Below are positions 9,902 through 19,532 of a DNA stretch of 32,000 nucleotides, piece after piece. The position numbers and the translations under genes were made by a program. A model generated the notes under the pieces. It was not told the DNA's origin. It ran no database searches and saw only the letters and a list, made by a program, of their open reading frames with translations. Source of the DNA: a cyanobacterium endosymbiont of Epithemia turgida isolate EtSB Lake Yunoko (GTDB lineage: Bacteria; Cyanobacteriota; Cyanobacteriia; Cyanobacteriales; Microcystaceae); assembly GCF_000829235.1 (NCBI RefSeq), contig NZ_AP012549.1, positions 180,001-212,000 on the forward strand, in the 5' to 3' direction. Position 1 is the first letter of the stretch; each line of letters opens with the position of its first letter.

Positions 9902-11796
9902 TTAAACTGTTTGATTAATGCTTCTCTATCCAAAATTGTTTGTATTTTTACCCGAATTAATTGATAAGCAATACTTTCCCCAATAACTTGATAATCAGAT
10001 GATTTTAAGGCTAACTGTTCAAAATATTTAGGTTTAGCTACTATCAAGATAGTTGATGACATATTTTGCTGATTAGCTTGCTCGTTAAAATAGTCAATTA
10101 CTCTACCATTATAGATATCAGTTTCAGTAATAGAATCAACGGTTTGTTGAGTGTAATAAGTTATACTCGGACGCATAAAACCAATAAAAACTAATTTTTC
10201 TCCTGGCTTCTGTTCTTGTTTTACCAAGGTTCCAAGTTCTCTCAGAGGAAGTTGCCGTTGACTGTCAACAATTGGAGCAATAGGAAGTGCAACCCAACTA
10301 AAAAAAGCCATAAAACCTAATAAATTTGCTGCCCAAATCCAGCGTCGATGATGTTTCCAGAACAGTAAAATTAAAATACCTAAAGTGGAAAATGACAAGA
10401 TAATTCCACTATGGATGGGTACACCTGATTCCTTTAATAACTCGCTAAACTGGGGCATCATTGGATCGTAACCAATAAGTTTAGGGCTGATGAAACTTGC
10501 AACAGCTAATCCACTTAAAATTCCTATATTAGCTAATCCACTAAGCCAAAATAAAATTATCCAAAATCCTGACGATTTTTCTCCTTTTGTTGCCATTTGT
10601 TCGCTCCAAAACAGTGTAATCATAATGGCTGCAGCTGGTATTAAAGGAAGAACATAACCTGCTAATTTAGTGACTGAACTAGAAAAAAATGAAAATATAA
10701 CAACAAACCAAACTAAAGCGAATAAACCTAGGTGGTTTGAACGATGGGAAGAAACCCAAAATCTCCGTTTCCAAAAACGTAAACGAGCAATAGCTAATGG
10801 TAAGAAAATTGACCAAGGAAGTAATCCAACTAAGACCACAAAAAAATAATAATACCATGCCCCAGGATGGCGACTAACAACACTAGTAAATCTTTGTATA
10901 TTGTGCAATCCAAAAAAAGTATTAATATATTCTTGACCGTATTTTAAAGTAATAAGAACAAACCAAGGAACAGTAATAGCAACAAAGCTCCCAATTCCCA
11001 ATAACCAAGGAGTCTCTTTTATCACTTCACCTAAGCGATTAACAAATAACAGAAATACAATGACGATAATCCCTGGGAGAACAATTGCTACAGGACCTTT
11101 AGCTAAAACACCTAAAGCCATAAATACCCAATATCCCACATACCACCAATTTGTAGAAAATAATTTTAATTGCTTAGTAGAATCTTTTAGGGGATGAGCA
11201 TAACCAATAAAAAATGACAGTAATGCTAATCCAATATTACTAGATAAAAACATATCAGAAACCGCTGTTCTTCCCCATGCAATCCAAAAAGGATTAAAAG
11301 CAACAATAGCTGCTCCTAAATTAGCTGAAAACCAGGATTTACAAGAATCGGGTCTTATTTTCTCTTCTATGGAGGAGTGGAAAGGTTTAAGGCTAGAAAA
11401 TCCAAAATTGTGTAAACTATAAAAACTCAAACCTACTAAAGCAATCGCAAATAAAGCCGAAGGAAAACGAGCCGCCCATTCACTCACTCCAAATAGTTTA
11501 AAAGATAACGAAACTAGCCAATAGGTCAAAGGCGGTTTATCAAAGCGAGTTTCGCTATTCCAATAAGGAGTTAACCAATCTCCTGTTATGTGCATATGAC
11601 GGGATGCTTCAACAAACATAGGTTCTGTTTTATCAATCAACCCAATAGTTCCTAAATCCCATAAAAAAGCGATCCAGCTAATTAGTACCAGCCATAAAAC
11701 AGAAAAGAGCCATAGTATTTTGGGGGATTTTTTTAAAAAGTTATATTTGCTTATAATTTGTTTATGTGCGTCTATTTTATCCATAATAATATCCAA
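9898..11796 (-). CDS. ArnT/PMT-like membrane glycosyltransferase (GT39/GT83-type, lipid-phosphate-sugar dependent)
   Basis: 632-aa polytopic membrane ORF. The N-terminal loop EPMFVEASRHMHITGDWLTPYWNSETRFDKPPLTYW matches the ArnT/PMT signature (acidic residue after TM1, then DKPPL). Confidence 0.75.
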   Translation of the reverse strand: MDIIMDKIDAHKQIISKYNFLKKSPKILWLFSVLWLVLISWIAFLWDLGTIGLIDKTEPMFVEASRHMHITGDWLTPYWNSETRFDKPPLTYWLVSLSFKLFGVSEWAARFPSALFAIALVGLSFYSLHNFGFSSLKPFHSSIEEKIRPDSCKSWFSANLGAAIVAFNPFWIAWGRTAVSDMFLSSNIGLALLSFFIGYAHPLKDSTKQLKLFSTNWWYVGYWVFMALGVLAKGPVAIVLPGIIVIVFLLFVNRLGEVIKETPWLLGIGSFVAITVPWFVLITLKYGQEYINTFFGLHNIQRFTSVVSRHPGAWYYYFFVVLVGLLPWSIFLPLAIARLRFWKRRFWVSSHRSNHLGLFALVWFVVIFSFFSSSVTKLAGYVLPLIPAAAIMITLFWSEQMATKGEKSSGFWIILFWLSGLANIGILSGLAVASFISPKLIGYDPMMPQFSELLKESGVPIHSGIILSFSTLGILILLFWKHHRRWIWAANLLGFMAFFSWVALPIAPIVDSQRQLPLRELGTLVKQEQKPGEKLVFIGFMRPSITYYTQQTVDSITETDIYNGRVIDYFNEQANQQNMSSTILIVAKPKYFEQLALKSSDYQVIGESIAYQLIRVKIQTILDREALIKQFN

Positions 11797-11823
11797 TTTA
11801 AATATTTTTAATAACTGAAATAA

Positions 11824-12492
11824 CTAGAAATTACGATATTTTGTGTCAATAGTTTTCAAAAGAAAAATAGATAAAGTAAAGGCTAGATAGCCAACGCAAA
11901 AACCGGCAATAATATCTGTTGCCCAATGAACTTGTAAATAAAGACTCGCCCAACCCATAAAACAAATCAAAATAATTGATATGCTATAGAAGTAAACAGT
12001 TAGTTTAGGAAACTTGAATGAAATCAAATAAGAAATGTATAAATACAGCATAAAGTTACCAGAAATGTGACCACTAGGGTAACTGTTTCCCTGAACATCT
12101 ATTAATCCTGGAGCGGGACGAATTCGATCAAATAAAGGCTTTAAAAACTTATCAGTTAAAATAAGAATTCCCAGAGAAGAAATTGCTAAAACTTGGGCTT
12201 CCTTTAAATAACGTTTCCAGAATAAAAAACTTAAACTGCCTAAAACAAAAAAAATAACAATTTCAGCTTCTCCCGAAATATAAGAGAATCGTGCAAATTC
12301 CAATAAACCAGGTTGACAAAAGTGGCGAACCCATCGTATAAAAGTTTCATCCCAAGCATCAAGATTTCCCCGAACAACTTCTTGATTCAGCCATAATAAT
12401 AGTAATAAGACAATCACAAATGATGTTAAAGTCTTATTTGTTATTACTTGGCCAATCTTTTCCATCACACTCTTTCTTAGCTTTAGCTTCAT
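11824..12492 (-). CDS. PAP2-family (type 2 phosphatidic acid / undecaprenyl-PP) phosphatase
   Basis: 222-aa membrane ORF with motif 1 KPLFDRIRP (Kx6RP) and motif 2 PSGH. Motif 3 is present but deviant: ASLYLQVHWATD, where SRx5Hx3D is expected. Confidence 0.7.
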   Translation of the reverse strand: MKLKLRKSVMEKIGQVITNKTLTSFVIVLLLLLWLNQEVVRGNLDAWDETFIRWVRHFCQPGLLEFARFSYISGEAEIVIFFVLGSLSFLFWKRYLKEAQVLAISSLGILILTDKFLKPLFDRIRPAPGLIDVQGNSYPSGHISGNFMLYLYISYLISFKFPKLTVYFYSISIILICFMGWASLYLQVHWATDIIAGFCVGYLAFTLSIFLLKTIDTKYRNF

Positions 12493-13992
12493 ATCTAGTT
12501 AGATGTTAAAATTTAAGTAAGTATCACCATATAATAACACTCGGATTTATAAACGGCTTTACTCTGACTTAATCTGGGATAATTAGGATCCTTTCTGAGA
12601 ACTAATCATCAATAATCCTATAAAAATCAGTTATTTTAAAGATAAGTTAAAAAAAATAAACATCTGACTCATCGGGTAAAAATTATTACTATCATTGGTT
12701 CTGTAGGCAATTTTTAAACAAATAGTTAATGACCGAATAAATGTAACGAGGTTTAACTTTTTACCTGTAAGCAATGAAACTCGCACTTTTATGAGATCTC
12801 TATTATGTGATCTTTTCTGAAAGATTGGAAACTTCTATCAATTTACTATTAATACTTACAGTGTCTCAAAATTCAGGTGTAACAAATTTTGGTGGATAAA
12901 TTCTCTTCGACCAAGAGAAGTTATTCCCTCTTGTTGATAAATAAAGTAATCAAGCGAATACCGCCTTAATTACTTTGAACTTATGGTCAAAATCTTGCTA
13001 TTCAATCAAATATTAAGGTTAATATTTAAAGAAATTCAAAAACAGTGGGTTATCTACAAAATTGCTGAAAAAACTAACCTATTAAATCTTGATTCATGTA
13101 TTATTTCCATAATAGACCGAGACAAAAAAGAGTTTAGATTCAACTTATTTTAATAAATTCACTTATCATCTCTAAATTTTACTGAAAATAAATAATATTT
13201 GTATATTAACGAAATTGAATTAGTGTTTCGATTATTACAAAAATCAAGAAACACTAATCAGTAAATAATTTTAGAATAGATTATAGAAGACTATGATAGT
13301 GTTATATTGACAAGGAGAGATTTAGGAGTAAAAATAATTTATTAACTAATTCCCGTGCTAAAAAAATAGACTGTTCAGTTATGTAATTATAAAAGAATGC
13401 CCGCCATTACCGCTACCTAAATACTAGACAGCACATTTCATAACTTCTATCGGACTCGTGCTTAAACTATTAATTTTGCTGATGTTAAAGACTGTATCAT
13501 TTTCACTAAAGTGGTAAAAATTCTAGCTGCAATTACCCTCTTTGAAAGGTATTAAATTTTTTAAGACACTTCTCTAGACAAGATTAATGATACCGAAGCC
13601 TAAAATTGCGCTCTTATTATTTTCAATAAATCTTCAACTTACGGCATACCGTCACCCTTACAGGATAAAATAATCCCTTTTTATTAGTTTTAAGAAATTA
13701 TCTTCATTGGTCCATAATTATTATTATTTTCTATGAAAAAGTTTATTAACGTCTTGATTTGATTTAGGAACTGATTTTTGCTTAATTAAAGAGGAGGTAT
13801 ATTTTTTTACAATATTAGTTAGTCAAACAAACTTAAATTTATTTTATTTGAGACAATTTAACTTTAAACCAGGAAAGCTAGAATAGCTTTTACATTTTAG
13901 TAATACTATTAATTAATAAGTAAAACAATAAATAAGATTAAATAAATCTAAAACATTAAAATGATTAAAAAGAGCAAATACGCCAATGTTTC

Positions 13993-14205
13993 TGAGAATC
14001 AATTCTTAAGTTTTCTTGATACAAATAACCGTATTAGGTGTATAAAGATGTTCTCTAAAAGTTTAGTTACCAATCGAGCTAAAAATCAATAAAAATAGGG
14101 TATGTATTCAACTAAGGAACTCGATAAAAGTTTTCAATCTCTACTTTTCATCAACTCTCTAATATTCGATATTAATTTATTGAAGAATTTTAATGTCTAA
14201 TGTTT
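13993..14205 (-). pseudogene. Decayed tandem duplicate of the hemH 3' end (last ~71 codons)
   Basis: Direct repeat with a ~213-214 nt offset to 14206-14420. For example, 14070-14100 ccaatcgagctaaaaatcaataaaaataggg matches 14283-14314 ccagtcgagctaaagaatcaataaaaataggg, and 14119-14134 matches 14333-14348 at 16/16. My by-eye estimate of overall identity is about 75-80%. The minus-strand translation H*TLKFFNKLISNIRELMKSRD*KLLSSSLVEYIPYFY*FLARLVTKLLEN parallels the intact [50 protein letters not shown]. Confidence 0.8.
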
Positions 14206-15234
14206 TTAGGGACAAATTTTTATTTTTTTTAAACGAATAACTGTATCAAAAGTACAAGGAGGTTCTTTAAGAGATTTAGTCACCAGTCGAGCTAAAGAAT
14301 CAATAAAAATAGGGTGGGTATTTAACGCAGGCACTCGATAAAAGTTTTTAATCCCTGCTTTTTTAGCAATTTCTCGATATTCAATATCAATTTCTTGAAG
14401 AGTTTCAATATGTTCTGAAACAAAACTGATAGGAACTACTAATAAGTCTTTGACTCCTTTTTTCCCTAATTCTTTTAAAGAATCTTCTGTGTAAGGTTTG
14501 AGCCATTCTATCGGACCAACTCGACTTTGATAAGCCAGAGTGAAATCATTTGGCCGATTGAGGGTTTTCATGATTAAGTGAGTACAAGCTTCAATTTCTG
14601 CTTGATAGGGATCTCCGGCTTTGTCAACATAACTTTGAGGGACTCCATGAGCACTGAAGAAAATATGGATATGACAAGGATTTTCACATTTATCTAATTC
14701 TTGAGTAATTAAATCGGCCATCGCTGTTAAATAATCAGGATGATCATACCATGAGGCAATCAAAGTATAGTTAATTTGTGTAAGATTACTATCAGATTGC
14801 CACATTTTTTCAAGCACTTGAAAGCTGGATCCACTGGTGCTGATGGAATATTGAGGATACAAAGGAAAAATGACTAAACGCTCTATTCTGTCTCGTTTGA
14901 TGTGATTGATTGCCTCTTCAGTAAAGGGGTGCCAATAACGCATCCCAATATAAATTTGAGCATCTTGACCAATTTCTGCTAATTTTTTCCCGAGAGCTTT
15001 TCCTTGAGCTTCAGTAATTCTTCTCAAAGGGGAACCTCCTCCAATTTTTTCATAATTTTTCTTAGATTTTTCACTTCTTAGTAGAGAAATTAACCAAGCT
15101 AAGGGCTTTTGTAACCAAGGGAAAGGTAATCGAATGATTTCTGGGTCAGAAAATAGATTGAACAAAAAGGGGCGAACATCTTGTAACTGTTCCGGACCCC
15201 CTAAATTTAGTAATAAAACCCCGACGCGATCCAT
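14206..15234 (-). CDS. hemH: Ferrochelatase, apparently lacking the C-terminal CAB helix
   Basis: Motifs [18 protein letters not shown] and [14 protein letters not shown]. The start is set at [13 protein letters not shown] (ATG 15234-15232) rather than the track's 15369, whose upstream 45 codons show no ferrochelatase similarity. The 342-aa product ends ...[22 protein letters not shown]. Confidence 0.9.
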   Translation of the reverse strand: MDRVGVLLLNLGGPEQLQDVRPFLFNLFSDPEIIRLPFPWLQKPLAWLISLLRSEKSKKNYEKIGGGSPLRRITEAQGKALGKKLAEIGQDAQIYIGMRYWHPFTEEAINHIKRDRIERLVIFPLYPQYSISTSGSSFQVLEKMWQSDSNLTQINYTLIASWYDHPDYLTAMADLITQELDKCENPCHIHIFFSAHGVPQSYVDKAGDPYQAEIEACTHLIMKTLNRPNDFTLAYQSRVGPIEWLKPYTEDSLKELGKKGVKDLLVVPISFVSEHIETLQEIDIEYREIAKKAGIKNFYRVPALNTHPIFIDSLARLVTKSLKEPPCTFDTVIRLKKIKICP

Positions 15235-15361
15235 AATTTTATGTAGATAAATAACATTTTCGGATTCTTTGTTAAGTTTAACAATATATAGGCTCAATAT
15301 TGAGATTTCAATGACAAAATATTCATAATCTAGTGAGTTACATAAGTTAGGGGGTAACGAG

Positions 15362-15995
15362 TTGGTCACAATTTTAAAGACCTGGAGTCATCAATATTCT
15401 TGGTTGCATAACACTATTTCCCGTTTAGTATCCCTAAGTGTCGAAGGTGAAAGGAAGTTTTTTTACCTTACCATTGAAAATGTTCCTCTGAAGTCTGATA
15501 CTAAGATTTTAGATTTATGTTATGGCGGAGGTAAAGCCACTAACTTTTTTTCTACTAAAACAACCAGACTTAACGTTTTATTAACTCCTCTTTATCAAAC
15601 AGTTAAAGCAGTTTTTGAGGCTAATTATTTTGGCGAGCGAGCTAAACAAATGCCTTTTGCTCAATTTAAATTTGGTTGAGTTAATACCAGATTTGCTTTT
15701 ATTGTTCTCCACAAAATGTAAGCCAAGCAGCTTGAAGAAATTTTTAAAAGTTTATCAGGTTCTTAACACTGAAAGTTTTGTTGCTGTAACTGACTTACAT
15801 AAGCCGACTAACCGTTTCGTTTATTTTGTCCATCTCTAACTATTTTTATATGAATAGTGAATATTTGAAATGAAGACAGCCTAAAAGTTACTCAACACTT
15901 ACTTAGTGACAAAGTTAACTTCAGTAGTTTTTCGAGCTTATCAACAACGACTTTATGGAGGAGGAAGTTTGCAAGTAATTCAAGTTAAGAAATAA
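15362..15995 (+). pseudogene. Class I SAM-dependent methyltransferase, frameshifted with in-frame stops
   Basis: Three collinear fragments. The first, 15362-15679, reads [26 protein letters not shown]...ILDLCYGGGKATNFF (motif I-like)...MPFAQFKF. The second, 15615-15839, is in another frame. The third is a terminal piece ...FRAYQQRLYGGGSLQVIQVKK* ending at 15995, with stops at about 15855-15884. Confidence 0.55.
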
Positions 15996-16038
15996 GATTG
16001 AAAATGATCCCTCCATTATCATTGAGGTAAATAAACGA

Positions 16039-16596
16039 ATGTCCAAGACCAAATTACTACAACCTGATTTAGTTTTGGGAGATACTATTCTCGGTCTAAC
16101 ACCAGAAATTCTTACCTATTATCACATTCAAGGATTAGTCTTGGATGTAGACGAAACTTTGGTTTCCCTCCAACAGAGCCAAGTGTCCCAAGAACTTGAG
16201 CAATGGATAAAAACTATTAGACAAATCACTCCCATTTGGCTAGTTAGTAATAATTTAAGTGAAGGTCGCATTAAGAGAATTGCTAATACTTTAACCTTGC
16301 CTTATCTATTAAGAGCGGTAAAGCCTTCTCGACGCAAATTACGGCAGGCTGTCCAGGCAATGCAACTCCCAGTTAATGGTGTAGCTATGGTAGGTGATCG
16401 CTTATTTACTGATGTTTTAGCTGGTAATCGTTTAGGAATGTTTACCATCCTCGTCAAGCCTATAGCAGATACTGCTGTAGTTGATCGCTACTACCCAATT
16501 CACAATTTCGAAATCTGGCTGTCTCAAATTTTGGGGGTATCTCTGATAGTCCCAAAATTTGAATTTACTAAAAACGATCAATCTTTAAAACACTAG
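16039..16596 (+). CDS. YqeG-type HAD-IIIA phosphatase
   Basis: 185-aa ORF with HAD motif I LVLDVDETLV, motif IV GDRLFTDVLAGN, and the overall YqeG-like size. Confidence 0.75.
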   Translation: MSKTKLLQPDLVLGDTILGLTPEILTYYHIQGLVLDVDETLVSLQQSQVSQELEQWIKTIRQITPIWLVSNNLSEGRIKRIANTLTLPYLLRAVKPSRRKLRQAVQAMQLPVNGVAMVGDRLFTDVLAGNRLGMFTILVKPIADTAVVDRYYPIHNFEIWLSQILGVSLIVPKFEFTKNDQSLKH

Positions 16597-17259
16597 GCTA
16601 ATTCTGAATAACTTGATTTACTACTTTAGGTTAACTTTTTTGAGGAGAATTTAATCCTACCATCCTCAACAAATACTAGCCCTTACTTTAAAAGCTCCAA
16701 CAATAGTTTGATATGATACAACCAATATCAAAGTCTATTGTTTGAGAAGCTGTTTTTTTCCAAAAAACATATCCTGTGAGATACAACATCTACATCTTTA
16801 TTTATAGCGTAACCAGATTTCATCTACAATCAAGGTAAACAAATCAATATTTACTGCTAGCAGGTTAAATATTTTAAATCAAACGGATCAGTGTCTCAGT
16901 TTTGTTATATTTTTTATCAAAGTACCTTTTTTTGTTTCCTTAATATTTATGAGGCAATTTTCATGCTTATTTTCAAATATTAAGTAAAATTTAAACATTT
17001 TTCAAAATTTTTATGTATAAAATAAAATATTTTTTTACTCTCGTAATAGGTTCTGTTTTTTTGTTAATCAAACACGTCTGTTCAACAGAACATACTTATC
17101 ATTAAGTTATTGTGATGTTTAGTGAAAGTCTTCTAATTAAGATTTTTAAGTTACGGCTGTCGCAGTATTTTTCGATTTAATTGACTTTGATAGCCTGTTG
17201 GTCTCTGTGTCAATATTTGAGGGTAACTCATTGCCATTCCCCAACAAATATGTATGCTC

Positions 17260-17307
17260 TAATCTCTTTAATGAGAACTTGTGGTCATGTTCTCATTGAA
17301 GAGATTA
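17260..17307. repeat. Near-perfect hairpin: 19-bp stem (one G-T pair), 10-nt loop
   Basis: taatctctttaatgagaac (17260-17278) pairs with gttctcattgaagagatta (17289-17307). The only non-Watson-Crick position is t17269/g17298. It lies about 295 nt beyond the stop of the minus-strand kinase gene. Confidence 0.9.
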
Positions 17308-17601
17308 AAGTTGTGGGATTTATAGCATCACATTAAGCTAATTTTAACTGTTAGCATCTTCTTTCGAATATTTTGGTAATGATGTAGGCGTAGAATAAAT
17401 AAAGGACGAAGATTTATTTCCCGGATAGCCTTGATCATATTTATTGATGGATGGTTATCAGACTGTATATATATATTTCACATGATTATAGAAAGCCGAT
17501 GTTGGTCATTTATAAAAGAGCTCTGTGATCAGAGATAAATTAAAACTTACAGAGACATTTAGTCAGATATCTCTATAGTAGATTGCTAACAGAAAAATTT
17601 T

Positions 17602-18591
17602 TTAACTTGTTAGTAAAGATTTTAATTCCTCAGTAGTTAAACGAGGTCCATAACTAGTAACAATACGAGAAGAAGCCCGTGAAGCAAGATCGCCTGCCTG
17701 GACATAGGTCATTCCGTGGGTGATCCCATAAAGAAATGCTCCCGCATACATATCTCCTGCACCAACGGTATCAATAGCCCGAACAGGATAAGGAGCAATT
17801 TCAACTAATATTTGACCATCAAAAACTAATGATCCCTTCGATCCACGGGTGATAGCAAACCCCTTAGCTATAGTTTTTAAATAAGCGATCATCTCGGAAA
17901 AATCTTTTGTATTAGATATTTTTACAGCTTCTGCTTCATTAGTAAAAATAAAATCTAACCCAGAGCCAATAATCTCTAATAGCTCATTTTTAAAAAACTC
18001 CACTATGTTTGGATCAGATAAGGAAAAAGTGGTTTTTACTCCTGAAGCTTCTGCAATTTCCCTAGCTTTCATAGCTGCTGCTTGAGCAGTTGAAGAAGTG
18101 ACTAAATATCCTTCCAGGTAAAGATATTCAGAGTCAGAGATTGCTTCGAATACTAGTTCTTGTTCAGAAAAATTGCTCGAAATACCTAAAAATGTATTCA
18201 TAGTGCGATCAGCATCAGGAGTTACCATAACTATGCATTTTCCGGTAGTTCCCTCTTCGCCATCGCCATTGTGTTCATTTGTATCTAACCCACACTTGCG
18301 TAGGTCTTCTAAATAAAATTTTCCTGCTTTATCTGCCGCCACTTTACAAGAATAAAACCCGTTACCACCGAATTGATTAATAGCTATCATGGTATTAGTA
18401 GCAGAGCCTCCACTACTTTGTTTACACGGTTGTCCATTGAGCTTCTTTATCAACTCCTCTTGAAAGACTTCATCTACAAGAGTCATGACACCTTTATCAA
18501 TATTTAATCTCTGAAGTAATTCTGGTGAAACTTTAAATTCTATATCTACTAAAGCGTTACCAGCACCATAAACATGATATTTTTTCTGCAT
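17602..18591 (-). CDS. PfkB-family carbohydrate/nucleoside kinase (adenosine kinase-like)
   Basis: 329-aa ORF with an N-terminal GG/GGSATN region and the C-terminal PfkB signature [16 protein letters not shown]. Confidence 0.75.
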   Translation of the reverse strand: MQKKYHVYGAGNALVDIEFKVSPELLQRLNIDKGVMTLVDEVFQEELIKKLNGQPCKQSSGGSATNTMIAINQFGGNGFYSCKVAADKAGKFYLEDLRKCGLDTNEHNGDGEEGTTGKCIVMVTPDADRTMNTFLGISSNFSEQELVFEAISDSEYLYLEGYLVTSSTAQAAAMKAREIAEASGVKTTFSLSDPNIVEFFKNELLEIIGSGLDFIFTNEAEAVKISNTKDFSEMIAYLKTIAKGFAITRGSKGSLVFDGQILVEIAPYPVRAIDTVGAGDMYAGAFLYGITHGMTYVQAGDLASRASSRIVTSYGPRLTTEELKSLLTS

Positions 18592-18775
18592 GAATGCTTT
18601 CTTGTCTTATGACAAACCTCTAAAATGTTTAATTATATTTTAGTCCAACATAGAGTATTCGCATTATAATTTTGGTCAGTTTAGCAATAAACAAGATTTA
18701 AGATAAACTACTAATTAAAGTAAAAAATAGCTATGTTTATAGAAAAAATTGATATAAATAGCTAAAATAATTAAA

Positions 18776-18832
18776 TTTTTTTGATTATAGATTTATCAAT
18801 ATTTAAAGTTAATAAATCTATAATCAAAAAAA
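18776..18832. repeat. Perfect hairpin: 20-bp stem, 17-nt loop
   Basis: tttttttgattatagattta (18776-18795) is the exact reverse complement of taaatctataatcaaaaaaa (18813-18832). It lies about 185 nt upstream of the kinase start codon. Confidence 0.9.
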
Positions 18833-19532
18833 TCATAACTAAGTTTAAATAACTCAAGTAAAACTTGAATTTTAAGTGTAAATAGATTTCACTATTAGGT
18901 TTTTATTTTATTACTGTAAAAATGATCTGAAATAGTTTAAATTTAAAGCTTAGTTTGATCGATGATAACAATCAATGAATAAGAAGTATATATATAGCTA
19001 AACAATAATTGTTTTTAGTTTAAAGGCGGATAACATTTAAAAAATAATTAAGCTATCCAAAATTAATTAACGTGATATTTTTTATTATTTTAAACAAAAA
19101 ATTATTCAAATTATATTTATTTAGATAATAAACAGCTTAACTTGTGCGTATATAGTGTTTCCTGATAATTACTAATTTAATAATTGTAGTTATTTTGTCC
19201 TAAATTTATTGTGTAATTAGTTGATAAGATTTTTAAAATCTATAACTGAATCAATTGAAATATCACTAAATTAGAAGGATTTAATAAAAATTAAATACTG
19301 TCAGCTATTTTTAGTTACAGAAATTGTTTGTTCTTTGATAAAATAGTTTATTTGTTTACGGAAACTACAGTCATTTAATAGACTTACATAATGCTTTCTC
19401 TTCTTTATCTATGATTCAAAAACAAAGGAGAAAAAACAAATACCAAAATCCCTGCCTTTTCTCCCTATTTAAGTCTTAAGTGACTTAAGGCAAAATCCTG
19501 CTAATTTTAACTAGAAAATGCCTAAAATAATG

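Noticed and set aside
13380-13700. Patch of slightly higher G+C with longer open stretches on the minus strand (e.g. NFYHFSENDTVFNISKINSLSTSPIEVMKCAV, YLGSGNGGHS)
   Set aside because: It is probably another gene relic, but I cannot assign any family from the sequence. It would need BLASTX.
13780-13992. Possible third, more degraded copy of the ~213-nt hemH 3' repeat
   Set aside because: A few short matches fall at roughly the right period (ccaggaaagcta at 13869-13880 against ccaatcgagcta at 14070-14081, and aatgttt near 13985). Overall identity is indistinguishable from chance in such AT-rich sequence, and I could not build a convincing alignment.
15235-15369. 45-codon N-terminal extension of the hemH ORF
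   Set aside because: The extension ([26 protein letters not shown]...) is AT-rich and unlike any ferrochelatase N-terminus I know. The conserved enzyme starts at [14 protein letters not shown].
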